This document shows, piece after piece, positions 27,511-41,300 of a DNA stretch of 64,000 nt. The DNA comes from the human T2T-CHM13v2.0 reference genome, Homo sapiens: the NCBI RefSeq assembly GCF_009914755.1, contig NC_060936.1. One strand, given 5' to 3'. Numbering within the stretch: the first letter of the stretch is position 1; every line of letters starts with the position of its first letter. Both the position numbers and the translations under genes were made by a program. The notes under the pieces were generated by a model. That model saw only the letters and a program-made list of their open reading frames with translations. It did no database searches and was not told the origin of the DNA.

Positions 27511-30500
27511 ATGAAGAAATCCCGTTTCCAACGAAGGCCTCAAAGAGGTCCAAATATCTGCTTGCAGACTTTACAGACAGAGTGTTTCCAAACTACTCTA
27601 TGAAAAGAAAGCTTAAACTCCTTGAGTTGAACGCACACATCACAAAGTAGTTTCTGAGAATGATTCTGTCTAGTTTTTATACGAAGATGTTTCCTTTTCT
27701 ACATTTGGTCTCAAAGCGATTGAAATCTCCAACTGGAAACTGCACAAACAGGCTGTTTCAAATCTGCTCTGTCTAAAGGAAGGTTCAGCTCTGTGAGTTG
27801 AATACACACACCACAAATAAGTTACTGAGAATTCTTCTGTCGAACATTACAGGAAGAATTCCCGTTTCCAACGAAGGCCTCAAAGAGGTCCAAATATCCA
27901 CTTGCGGACATTACAAACAGTGTGTTTCCCAACTGCTCCATCAAAAGAAAGGTTAAACTCTGTGAGCTGAACACACACATCAAAAAGAAGTTTCTGTGAA
28001 TGATTCTGTCTAGATTTTATAAGAAGATGTTTCCTTTTCTACCGTAGGCCTCAAAGGGCTTGAAATCTCCAGCTGCAAATTCCACAAAAATGGTGTTTAA
28101 CATCTGCCCTTCTAAAGGAAAGTTCAACTCTACGAGTTGAATACACACAGCACAAAGAAGTTACTGAGACTTCTCCTATCAAACATTATATGAAGAAATC
28201 CCGTTTCCAACGAAGGCCTCAAAGAGGTCCAAATATCTGCTTGCAGACTTTACAGACAGAGTGTTTCCAAACTGCTCCATCAAAAGAAAGGTTAAACTCC
28301 TTGAGTTGAACACACACATCACAAAGTAGTTTCTGTGAATGATTCTGTCTAGTTTTTATACGAAGATGTTTCCTTTTCTACCTTTGGTCTCAAAGCGATT
28401 GAAATCTCCACATGGAAACTCCACAAAAAGAGTGTTTCAAATCTGCTCTTTCTGAAGGAAGGTTCAACTCTGTGAGTTGAATACACACACCACAAATAAG
28501 TTACTGAGAATTCTTCTGTGTAACATTATATGAGGAAATCCAGTTTCCAACGAAGGCCTCAAAGAGGTCCAAATATCCACTTGCAGACTTTACAAAGACA
28601 GTGTCTCCAAACTCCTCCATCAAAAGAAAGGTTATACTCTGTGAATTGAACGCACACATCACAAAGTAGTTTCTGAGAATGATTCTGTCTAGTTTTTATA
28701 CGAAGATATTTCCTTTTCTACATTTGGCCTAAAAGCGCTTGAAATCTCCACCTGCAAATATCACAAAAAGAGGGTTTCACATCTGCTCTGTCTAAAGGAC
28801 AGTTCACCTCTGTGAGTTGAATAGAGGCAACACAAAGAACTTACTCAGTATTCTTCTTTCTAGCATTCTATGAAGAAATCCCGTTTCCAACGAAGGCCCC
28901 AAAGAGGTCCAAATATCTGCTTGCAGACTTTACAAAGACAGTGTCTCCAAACTCCTCCATCAAAAGAAAGGTTATACTCTGTGAATTGAACGCACACATC
29001 ACAAAGTAGTTTCTGAGAATGATTCTGTCTAGTTTTTATACGAAGATATTTCCTTTTCTACATTTTGCCTAAAAGCGCTTGAAATCTCCACCTGCAAATA
29101 TCACAAAAAGAGGGTTTCACATCTGCTCTATCTAAAGGAGAGTTCACCTCTGTGAGTTGAATAGAGGCAACACAAAGAACTTACTCAGTATTCTTCTTTC
29201 TAGCGTTCTATGAAGAAATCCCGTTTCCAACGAAGGCCTCAAAGAGGTCAAATATCTGCTTGCAGACTTTACAGACAGAGTGTTTCCAAACTACTCTATG
29301 AAAAGAAAGCTTAAACTCCTTGAGTTGAACGCACACATCACCAAGTAGTTTCTGAGAATGATTCTGTCTAGTTTTTATACGAAGATGTTTCCTTTTCTAC
29401 ATTTGGTCTCAAAGCGATTGAAATCTCCAACTGGAAACTGCACAAATAGGCTGTTTCAAATCTGCTCTGTCTAAAGGAAGGTTCAACTCTGTGAGTTGAA
29501 TACACACACCACAAATAAGTTACTGAGAATTCTTCTGTCGAACATTACTTGAAGAAATCCCGTTTCCAACGAAGGCCTCAAAGAGGTCCAAATATCCACT
29601 TGCAGACATTACAAACAGAGTGTTTCCAAACTGCTCCATCAAAAGAAAGGTTAAACTCTGTGAGCTGAACACACACATCAAAAAGAAGTTTCTGTGAATG
29701 ATTCTGTCTAGATTTTATAAGAAGATGTTTCCTTTTCTACCGTAGGCCTCAAAGCGCTTGAAATCTCCACCTGCAAATTCCACAAAAAGGGTGTTTAACA
29801 TCTGCTCTTCTAAAGGAAAGTTCAACTCTATGAGTTGAATACACACAGCACAAAGAAGTTACTGAGACTTCTCCTATCAAACATTATATGAAGAAATCCC
29901 GTTTCCAACGAAGGCCTCAAAGAGGTCCAAATATCTGCTTGCAGACTTTACAGACAGAGTGTTTCCAAACTGCTCCATCAAAAGAAAGGTTAAACTCCTT
30001 GAGTTGAACACACACATCACAAAGTAGTTTCTGTGAATGATTCTGTCTAGTTTTTATACGAAGATGTTTCCTTTTCTACCTTTGGTCTCAAAGCGATTGA
30101 AATCTCCACATGGAAACTCCACAAAAAGGGTGTTTCAAATCTGCTCTTTCTGAAGGAAGGTTCAACTCTGTGAGTTGAATACACACACCACAAATAAGTT
30201 ACTGAGAATTCTTCTGTGTAACATTATATGAGGAAATCCCGTTTCCAACGAAGGCCTCAAAGAGGTCCAAATATCCACTTGCAGACTTTACAAAGACAGT
30301 GTCTCCAAACTCCTCCATCAAAAGAAAGGTTATACTCTGTGAATTGAACGCACACATCACAAAGTAGTTTCTGAGAATGATTCTGTCTAGTTTTTATACG
30401 AAGATATATCCTTTTCTACATTTGGCCTAAAAGCGCTTGAAATCTCCACCTGCAAATATCACAAAAAGAGGGTTTCACATCTGCTCTGTCTAAAGGACAG

Positions 30501-33500
30501 TTCACCTCTGTGAGTTGAATAGAGGCAACACAAAGAACTTACTCAGTATTCTTCTTTCTAGCGTTCTATGAAGAAATCCCGTTTCCAACGAAGGCCTCAA
30601 AGAGGTCAAATATCTGATTGCAGACTTTACAGACAGAGTGTTTCCAAACTACTCTATGAAAAGAAAGCTTAAACTCCTTGAGTTGAACGCACACATCACA
30701 AAGTAGTTTCTGAGAATGATTCTGTCTAGTTTTTATACGAAGATGTTTCCTTTTCTACATTTGGTCTCAAAGCGATTGAAATCTCCAACTGGAAACTGCA
30801 CAAATAGGGTGTTTCAAATCTGCTCTGTCTAAAGGAAGGTTCAACTCTGTGAGTTGAATACACACACCACAAATAAGTTACTGAGAATTCTTCTGTTGAA
30901 CATTACATGAAGAAATCCCGTTTCCAACGAAGGCCTCAAAGAGGTCCAAATATCCACTTGCAGACATTACAAACAGAGTGTTTCCAAACTGCTCCATCAA
31001 AGGAAAGGTTAAACTCTGTGACCTGAACACACACATCAAAAAGAAGTTTCTGTGAATGATTCTGTCTAGATTTTATAAGAAGATGTTTCCTTTTCTACCG
31101 TAGGCCTCAAAGCGCTTGAAATCTCCAGCTGCAAATTCCACAAAAAGGGTGTTTAACATCTGCTCTTCTAAAGGAAAGTTCAACTCTATGAGTTGAATAC
31201 ACACAGCACAAAGAAGTTACTGAGACTTCTCCCATCAAACATTATATGAAGAAATCCCGTTTCCAACGAAGGCCTCAAAGAGGTCCAAATATCTGCTTGC
31301 AGACTTTACAGACAGAGTGTTTCCAAACTGCTCCATCAAAAGAAAGGTTAAACTCCTTGAGTTGAACACACACATCACAAAGTAGTTTCTGTGAATGATT
31401 CTGTCTAGTTTTTATACGAAGATGTTTCCTTTTCTACCTTTGGTCTCAAAGCGATTGAAATCTCCACATGGAAACTCCACAAAAAGAGTGTTTCAAATCT
31501 GCTCTTTCTGAAGGAAGGTCCAACTCTGTGAGTTGAATACACACACCACAAATAAGTTACTGAGAATTCTTCTGTGTAACATTATATGAGGAAATCCCGT
31601 TTCCAACGAAGGCCTCAAATAGATCCAAATATCCACTTGCAGACTTTACAAAGACAGTGTCTCCAAACTCCTCCATCAAAAGAAAGGTTATACTCTGTGA
31701 ATTGAACGCACACATCACAAAGTAGTTTCTGAGAATGATTCTGTCTAGTTTTTATACGAAGATATTTCCTTTTCTACATTTGGCCTAAAAGCGCTTGAAA
31801 TCTCCACCTGCAAATATCACAAAAACAGGGTTTCACATCTGCTCTGTCTAAAGGACAGTTCACCTCTGTGAGTTGAATAGAGGCAACACAAAGAACTTAC
31901 TCAGTATTCTTCTTTCTAACGTTCTATGAAGAAATCCCGTTTCCAACGAAGGCCTCAAAGAGGTCCAAATATCTGCTTGCAGACTTTACACATAGAGTGT
32001 TTCCAAACTACTCTATGAAAAGAAAGCTTAAACTCCTTGAGTTGAACGCACACATCACAAAGTAGTTTCTGAGAATGATTCTGTCTAGTTTTTATACGAA
32101 GATGTTTCCTTTTCTACATTTGGTCTCAAAGCGATTGAAATCTCCAACTGGAAACTGCACAAATAGGGTGTTTCAAATCTGCTCTGTCTAAAGGAAGGTT
32201 CAACTCTGTGAGTTGAATACACACACCACAAATAAGTTACTGAGAATTCTTCTGTCGAACATTACTTGAAGAAATCCCGTTTCCAACGAAGGCCTCAAAG
32301 AGGTCCAAATATCCACTTGCAGACTTTACAAAGACAGTGTCTCCAAACTCCTCCATCAAAAGAAAGGTTATACTCTGTGAATTGAACGCACACATCACAA
32401 AGTAGTTTCTGAGAATGATTCTGTCTAGTTTTTATACGAAGATATTTCCTTTTCTACATTTGGCCTAAAAGCGCTTGAAACCTCCACCTGCAAATATCAC
32501 AAAAACAGGGTTTCACATCTGCTCTGTCTAAAGGACAGTTCACCTCTGTGAGTTGAATAGAGGCAACACAAAGAACTTACTCAGTATTCTTCTTTCTAGC
32601 GTTCTATGAAGAAATCCCGTTTCCAACGAAGACCCCAATGAGGTCCAAATATCTGCTTGCAGACTTTACAGACAGAGTGTTTCCAAACTACTCTATGAAA
32701 AGAAAGCTTAAACTCCTTGAGTTGAACGCACACATCACAAAGTAGTTTCTGAGAATGATGCTGTCTAGTTTTTGTACGAAGATGTTTCCTTTTCTACATT
32801 TGGTCTCAAAGCGATTGAAATCTCCAACTGGAGACTGCACAAATAGGGTGTTTCAAATCTGCTCTGTCTAAAGGAAGGTTCAACTCTGTGAGTTGAATAC
32901 ACACACCACAAATAAGTTACTGAGAATTCTTCTGTCGAACATTACAGGAAGAAATCCCGTTTCCAACGAAGGCCTCAAAGAGGTCCAAATATCCACTTGC
33001 AGACATTACAAACAGAGTGTTTCCAAACTGCTCCATCAAAAGAAAGGTTAAACTCTGTGAGCTGAACACACACATCAAAAAGAAGTTTCTGTGAATGATT
33101 CTGTCTAGATTTTATAAGAAGATGTTTCCTTTTCTACCGTAGGCCTCAAAGCGCTTGAAATCTCCAGCTGCAAATTCCACAAAAAGGGTGTTTAACATCT
33201 GCTCTTCTAAAGGAAAGTTCAACTCTATGAGTTGAATACACACAGCACAAAGAAGTTACTGAGACTTCTCCTATCAAACATTATATGAAGAAATCCCGTT
33301 TCCAACGAAGGCCTCAAAGAGGTCCAAATATCTGCTTGCAGACTTTACAGACAGAGTGTTTCCAAACTGCTCCATCAAAAGAAAGGTTAAACTCCTTGAG
33401 TTGAACACACACATCACAAAGTAGTTTCTGTGAATGATTCTGTCTAGTTTTTATACGAAGATGTTTCCTTTTCTACCTTTGGTCTGAAAGCGATTGAAAT

Positions 33501-35322
33501 CTCCACATGGAAACTCCACAAAAGGAGTGTTTCAAATCTGCTCTTTCTGAAGGAAGGTTCAACTCTGTGAGTTGAATACACACACCACAAATAAGTTACT
33601 GAGAATTCTTCTGTGTAACATTATATGAGGAAATCCCGTTTCCAACGAAGGCCTCAAAGAGGTCCAAATATCCACTTGCAGACTTTACAAAGACAGTGTC
33701 TCCAAACTCCTCCATCAAAAGAAAGGTTATACTCTGTGAATTGAATGCACACATCACAAAGTAGTTTCTGAGAATGATTCTGTCTAGTTTTTATACGAAG
33801 ATATTTCCTTTTCTACATTTGGCCTAAAAGCGCTTGAAATCTCCACCTGCAAATATCACAAAAAGAGGGTTTCACATCTGCTCTGTCTAAAGGACAGTTC
33901 ACCTCTGTGAGTTGAATAGAGGCAACACAAAGAACTTACTCAGTATTCTTCTTTCTAGCGTTCTATGAAGAAATCCCGTTTCCAACGAAGGCCCCAAAGA
34001 GGTCCAAATATCTGCTTGCAGACTTTACAGACAGAGTGTTTCCAAACTACTCTATGAAAAGAAAGCTTAAACTCCTTGAGTTGAACGCACACATCACAAA
34101 GTAGTTTCTGAGAATGATTCTGTCTAGTTTTTATACGAAGATGTTTCCTTTTCTACATTTGGTCTCAAAGCGATTGAAATCTCCACCTGGAAACTGCACA
34201 AATAGGGTGTATCAAATCTGCTCTGTCTAAAGAAGGTTCAACTCTGTGAGTTGAATACACACACCACAAATAAGTTACTGAGAATTCTTCTGTCGAACAT
34301 TACTTGAAGAAATCCCGTTTCCAACGAAGGCCTCAAAGAGGTCCAAATATCTGCTTGCAGACTTTACAGACAGAGTGTTTCCAAACTACTCTATGAAAAG
34401 AAAGCTTAAACTCCTTGAGTTGAACGCACACATCACAAAGTAGTTTCTGAGAATGATTCTGTCTAGTTTTTATACGAAGATGTTTCCTTTTCTACATTTG
34501 GTCTCAAAGCGATTGAAATCTCCAACTGGAAACTGCACAAATAGGGTGTTTCAAATCTGCTCTGTCTAAAGGAAGGTTCAACTCTGTGAGTTGAATACAC
34601 ACACCACAAATAAGTTACTGAGAATTCTTCTGTCGAAAATTACTTGAAGAAATCCCGTTTCCAACTAAGGCCTCAAAGAGGTCCAAATATCCTCTTGCAG
34701 ACATTACAAACAGAGTGTTTCCAAACTGCTCCATCAAAAGAAAGGTTAAACTCTGTGAGCTGAACACACACATCAAAAAGAAGTTTCTGTGAATGATTCT
34801 GTCTAGATTTTATAAGAAGATGTTTCCTTTTCTACCGTAGGCCTCAAAGCGCTTGAAATCTCCAGCTGCAAATTCCACAAAAAGGGTGTTTAACATCTGC
34901 TCTTCTAAAGGAAAGTTCAACTCAATGAGTTGAATACACACAGCACAAAGAAGTTACTGAGACTTCTCCTATCAAACATCATATGAAGAAATCCCGTTTC
35001 CAACGAAGGCCTCAAAGAGGTCCAAATATCTGCTTGCAGACTTTACAAAGACAGTGTCTCCAAACTCCTCCATCAAAAGAAAGGTTATACTCTGTGAATT
35101 GAACGCACACATCACAAAGTAGTTTCTGAGAATGATTCTGTCTAGTTTTTATACGAAGATATTTTTTTTTCTACATTTGGCCTAAAAGCGCTTGAAATCT
35201 CCACCTGCAAATATCACAAAAAGAGGGTTTCACATCTGCTCTTTCTAAAGGACAGTTCACCTCTGTGAGTTGAATAGAGGCAACACAAAGAACTTACTCA
35301 GTATTCTTCTTTCTAGCGTTCT
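27511..35322 (-). repeat. Duplicate of 16984-24794 (offset ~10528 bp)
   Basis: Same dimer order ABCDDABCDABCDADABCDAABD and shared variants (ggttcagctc, gaagaattccc, ttgcggac, aaatagatcc, ggtctgaaag, ccaactaagg, atcctcttgc, aacatcatat) at offset 10528. Confidence 0.9.
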
Positions 35323-38300
35323 ATGAAGAAATCCCGTTTCCAACGAAGGCCCCAAAGAGGTCCAAATATCTGCTTGCAGACTTTACAGACAGAGTGTTTC
35401 CAAACTACTCTATGAAAAGAAAGCTTAAACTCCTTGAGTTGAACGCACACATCACAAAGTAGTTTCTGAGAATGATGCTGTCTAGTTTTTATACGAAGAT
35501 GTTTCCTTTTCTACATTTGGTCTCAAAGCGATTGAAATCTCCAACTGGAAACTGCACAAATAGGGTGTTTCAAATCTGCTCTGTCTAAAGGAAGGTTCAA
35601 CTCTGTGAGTTGAATACACACACCACAAATAAGTTACTGAGAATTCTTCTGTCGAAAATTACTTGAAGAAATCCCGTTTCCAACGAAGGCCTCAAAGAGG
35701 TCCAAATATCCACTTGCAGACATTACAAACAGAGTGTTTCCAAACTGCTCCATCAAAAGAAAGGTTAAACTCTGTGAGCTGAACACACACATCAAAAAGA
35801 AGTTTCTGTGAATGATTCTGTCTAGATTTTATAAGAAGATGTTTCCTTTTCTACCGTAGGCCACAAAGCGCTTGAAATCTCCAGCTGCAAATTCCACAAA
35901 AAGGGTGTTTAACATCTGCTCTTCTAAAGGAAAGTTCAACTCTATGCGTTGAATACACACAGCACAAAGAAGTTACTGAGACTTCTCCTATCAAACATTA
36001 TATGAAGAAATCCCGTTTCCAACGAAGGCCTCAAAGAGGTCCAAATATCTGCTTGCAGACTTTACAGACAGAGTGTTTCCAAACTGCTCCATCAAAAGAA
36101 AGGTTAAACTCCTTGAGTTGAACACACACATCACAAAGTAGTTTCTGTGAATGATTCTGTCTAGTTTTTATACGAAGATGTTTCCTTTTCTACCTTTGGT
36201 CTCAAAGCGATTGAAATCTCCACATGGAAACTCCACAAAAAGAGTGTTTCAAATCTGCTCTTTCTGAAGGAAGGTTCAACTCTGTGAGTTGAATACACAC
36301 ACCACAAATAAGTTACTGAGAATTCTTCTGTGTAACATTATATGAGGAAATCCCGTTTCCAACGAAGGCCTCAAAGAGGTCCAAATATCCACTTGCAGAC
36401 TTTACAAAGACAGTGTCTCCAAACTCCTCCATCAAAAGAAAGGTTATACTCTGTGAATTGAACGCACACATCACAAAGTAGTTTCTGAGTATGATTCTGT
36501 CTTGTTTTTATACGAAGATATTTCCTTTTCTACATTTGGCCTAAAAGCGCTTGAAATCTCCACCTGCAAATATCACAAAAAGAGGGTTTCACATCTGCTC
36601 TGTCTAAAGGACAGTTCACCTCTGTGAGTTGAATAGAGGCAACACAAAGAACTTACTCAGTATTCTTCTTTCTAGCGTTCTATGAAGAAATCCCGTTTCC
36701 AACGAAGACCCCAATGAGGTCCAAATATCTGCTTGCAGACTTTACAAACAGAGTGTTTCCAAACTACTCTATGAAAAGAAAGCTTAAACTCCTTGAGTTG
36801 AACGCACACATCACAAAGTAGTTTCTGAGAATAATGCTGTCTAGTTTTTGTACGAAGATGTTTCCTTTTCTACATTTGGTCTCAAAGCGATTGAAATCTC
36901 CAACTGGAAACTGCACAAATAGGGTGTTTCAAATCTGCTCTGTCTAAAGGAAGGTTCAACTCTGTGAGTTGAATACACACACCACAAATAAGTTACTGAG
37001 AATTCTTCTGTCGAACATTACAGGAAGAAATCCCGTTTCCAACGAAGGCCTCAAAGAGGTCCAAATATCCACTTGCAGACATTACAAACAGTGTGTTTCC
37101 CAACTGCTCCATCAAAAGAAAGGTTAAACTCTGTGAGCTGAACACACACATCAAAAAGAAGTTTCTGTGAATGATTCTGTCTAGATTTTATAAGAAGATG
37201 TTTCCTTTTCTACCGTAGGCCTCAAAGCGCTTGAAATCTCCAGCTGCAAATTCCACAAAAAGGGTGTTTAACATCTGCTCTTCTAAAGGAAAGTTCAACT
37301 CTATGAGTTGAATACACACAGCACAAAGAAGTTACTGAGACTTCTCCTATCAAACATTATATGAAGAAATCCCGTTTCCAACGAAGGCCTCAAAGAGGTC
37401 CAAATATCTGCTTGCAGACTTTACAGACAGAGTGTTTCCAAACTGCTCCATCAAAAGAAAGGTTAAACTCCTTGAGTTGAACACACACATCACAAAGTAG
37501 TTTCTGTGAATGATTCTGTCTAGTTTTTATACGAAGATGTTTCCTTTTCTACCTTTGGTCTCAAAGCGATTGAAATCTCCACATGGAAACTCCACAAAAA
37601 GAGTGTTTCAAATCTGCTCTTTCTGAAGGAAGGTTCAACTCTGTGAGTTGAATACACACACCACAAATAAGTTACTGAGAATTCTTCTGTGTAACATTAT
37701 ATGAGGAAATCCCGTTTCCAACGAAGGCCTCAAAGAGGTCCAAATATCCACTTGCAGACTTTACAAAGACAGTGTCTCCAAACTCCTCCATCAAAAGAAA
37801 GGTTATACTCTGTGAATTGAACGCACACATCACAAAGTAGTTTCTGAGAATGATTCTGTCTAGTTTTTATACGAAGATATTTCCTTTTCTACATTTGGCC
37901 TAAAAGCGCTTGAAATCTCCACGTGCAAATATCACAAAAAGAGGGTTTCACATCTGCTCTGTCTAAAGGACAGTTCACCTCTGTGAGTTGAATAGAGGCA
38001 ACACAAAGAACTTACTCAGTATTCTTCTTTCTAGCGTTCTATGAAGAAATCCCGTTTCCAACGAAGGCATCAAAGAGGTCCAAATATCTGCTTGCAGACT
38101 TTACAGACAGAGTGTTTCCAAACTACTCTATGAAAAGAAAGCTTAAACTCCTTGAGTTGAACGCACACAACACAAAGTAGTTTCTGAGAATGATTCTGTC
38201 TAGTTTTTATACGAAGATGTTTCCTTTTCTACATTTGGTCTCAAAGCGATTGAAATCTCCAACTGGAAACTGCACAAATAGGGTGTTTCAAATCTGCTCT

Positions 38301-41300
38301 GTCTAAAGGAAGGTTCAACTCTGTGAGTTGAATACACACACCACAAATAAGTTACTGAGAATTCTTCTGTCGAACATTACTTGAAGAAATCCCGTTTCCA
38401 AAGAAGGCCTCAAAGAGGTCAAAATATCCACTTGCAGACATTACAAACAGAGTGTTTCAAAACTGCTCCATCAAAAGAAAGGTTAAACTCTGTGAGCTGA
38501 ACACACACATCGAAAAGAAGTTTCTGTGAATGATTCTGTCTAGATTTTATAAGAAGATGTTTCCTTTTCTACCGTAGGCCTCAAAGCGCTTGAAATCTCC
38601 AGCTGCAAATTCTACAAAAATGGTGTTTAACATCTGCTCTTCTAAAGGAAAGTTCAACTCTATGCGTTGAATAAACACAGCAGAAAGAAGTTACTGAGAC
38701 TTCTCCTATCAAACATTATATGAAGAAATCCCGTTTCCAACGAAGGCCCCAAAGAGGTCCAAATATCTGCTTGCAGACTTTACAGACAGAGTTTTTCCAA
38801 ACAGCTCCATCAAAAGAAAGGTTAAACTCCTTGAGTTGAACACACACATCACAAAGTAGTTTCTGTGAATGATTCTGTCTAGTTTTTATACGAAGATGTT
38901 TCCTTTTCTACCTTTGGTCTCAAAGCGATTGAAATCTCCACATGGAAACTCCACAAAAAGAGTGTTTCAAATCTGCTCTTTCTGAAGGAAGGTTCAACTC
39001 TGTGAGTTGAATACACACACCACAAATAAGTTACTGAGAATTCTTCTGTGTAACATTATATGAGGAAATCCCGTTTCCAACGAAGGCCTCAAAGAGGTCC
39101 AAATATCCACTTGCAGACTTTACAAAGACAGTGTCTCCAAACTCCTCCATCAAAAGAAAGGTTATACTCTGTGAATTGAACGCACACATCACAAAGTAGT
39201 TTCTGAGAATGATTCTGTCTAGTTTTTATACGAAGATATTTCCTTTTCTACATTTGGCCTAAAAGCGCTTGAAATCTCCACCTGCAAATATCACAAAAAG
39301 AGGGTTTCACATCTGCTCTGTCTAAAGGACAGTTCACCTCTGTGAGTTGAATAGAGGCAACACAAAGAACTTACTCAGTATTCTTCTTTCTAGCGCTCTA
39401 TGAAGAAATCCCGTTTCCAACGAAGGCCTCAAAGAGGTCCAAATATCTGCTTGCAGACTTCACAGACAGAGTGTTTCCAAAGTACTCTATGAAAAGAAAG
39501 CTTAAACTCCTTGAGTTGAACGCACACATCACAAAGTAGTTTCTGAGAATGATTCTGTCTAGTTTTTATACGAAGATGTTTCCTTTTCTACATTTGGTCT
39601 CAAAGCGATTGAAATCTCCAACTGGAAACTGCACAAATAGGGTGTTTCAAATCTGCTCTTTCTAAAGGAAGGTTCAACTCTGTGAGTTGAATACACACAC
39701 CACAAATAAGTTACTGAGAATTCTTCTGTCGAACATTACTTGAAGAAATCCCGTTTCCAACGAAGGCCTCAAAGAGGTCCAAATATCCACTTGCAGACAT
39801 TACAAACAGTGTGTTTCCAAACTGCTCCATCAAAAGAAAGGTTAAACTCTGTGAGCTGAACACACATCAAAAAGAAGTTTCTGTGAATGATTCTGTCTAG
39901 ATTTTATAAGAAGATGTTTCCTTTTCTACCGTAGGCCACAAAGCGCTTGAAATCTCCAGCTGCAAATTCCACAAAAAGGGTGTTTAACATCTGCTCTTCT
40001 AAAGGAAAGTTCAACTCTATGAGTTAAATAAACACAGCAGAAAGAAGTTACTGAGACTTCTCCTATCAAACATTATATGAAGAAATCCCGTTTCCAACGA
40101 AGGCCTCAAAGAGGTCCAAATATCTGCTTGCAGACTTTACAGACAGAGTTTTTCCAAACTGCTCCATCAAAAGAAAGGTTAAACTCCTTGAGTTGAACAC
40201 ACACATCACAAAGTAGTTTCTGTGAATGATTCTGTCTAGTTTTTATACGAAGATGTTTCCTTTTCTACCTTTGGTCTCAATGCGATTGAAATCTCCACAT
40301 GGAAACTCCACAAAAAGAGTGTTTCAAATCTGCTCTTTCTGAAGGAAGGTTCAACTCTGTGAGTTGAATACACACACCACAAATAAGTTACTGAGAATTC
40401 TTCTGTGTAACATTATATGAGGAAATCCCGTTTCCAACGAAGGCCTCAAAGAGGTCCAAATATCCACTTGCAGACTTTACAAAGACAGTGTCTCCAAACT
40501 CCTCCATCAAAAGAAAGGTTATACTCTGTGAATTGAACGCACACATCACAAAGTAGTTTCTGAGAATGATTCTGTCTAGTTTTTATACGAAGATATTTCC
40601 TTTTCTACATTTGGCCTAAAAGCGCTTGAAATCTCCAAGTGCAAATATCACAAAAAGAGGGTTTCACATCTGCTCTGTCTAAAGGACAGTTCACCTCTGT
40701 GAGTTGAATAGAGGCAACACAAAGAACTTACTCAGTATTCTTCTTTCTAGCGTTCTATGAAGAAATCCCGTTTCCAACGAAGGCCCCAAAGAGGTCCAAA
40801 TATCTGCTTGCAGACTTTACAGACAGAGTGTTTCCAAACTACTCTATGAAAAGAAAGCTTAAACTCCTTGAGTTGAACGCACACATCACAAAGTAGTTTC
40901 TGAGAATGATTCTGTCTAGTTTTTATACGAAGATGTTTCCTTTTCTACATTTGGTCTCAAAGCGATTGAAATCTCCAACTGGAAACTGCACAAATAGGGT
41001 GTTTCAAATCTGCTCTGTCTAAAGGAAGGTTCAACTCTGTGAGTTGAATACACACACCACAAATAAGTTACTGAGTATTCTTCTGTCGAACATTACTTGA
41101 AGAAATCCCGTTTCCAGCGAAGGCCTCAAAGAGGTCCAAATATCCACTTGCAGACATTACAAACCGAGTGTTTCCAAACTGCTCCATCAACAGAAAGGTT
41201 AAACTCTGTGAGCTGAACACACACATCAAAAAGAAGTTTCTGTGAATGATTCTGTCTAGATTTTATAAAAAGATGTTTCCTTTTCTACCGTAGGCCACAA

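Noticed and set aside
41106-41122. Variant CENP-B boxes at ~41106 (ccagcgaa) and ~54691 (tttacaacg)
   Set aside because: The changes fall at non-core positions of NTTCGNNNNANNCGGGN, so they were not counted as disrupted boxes.
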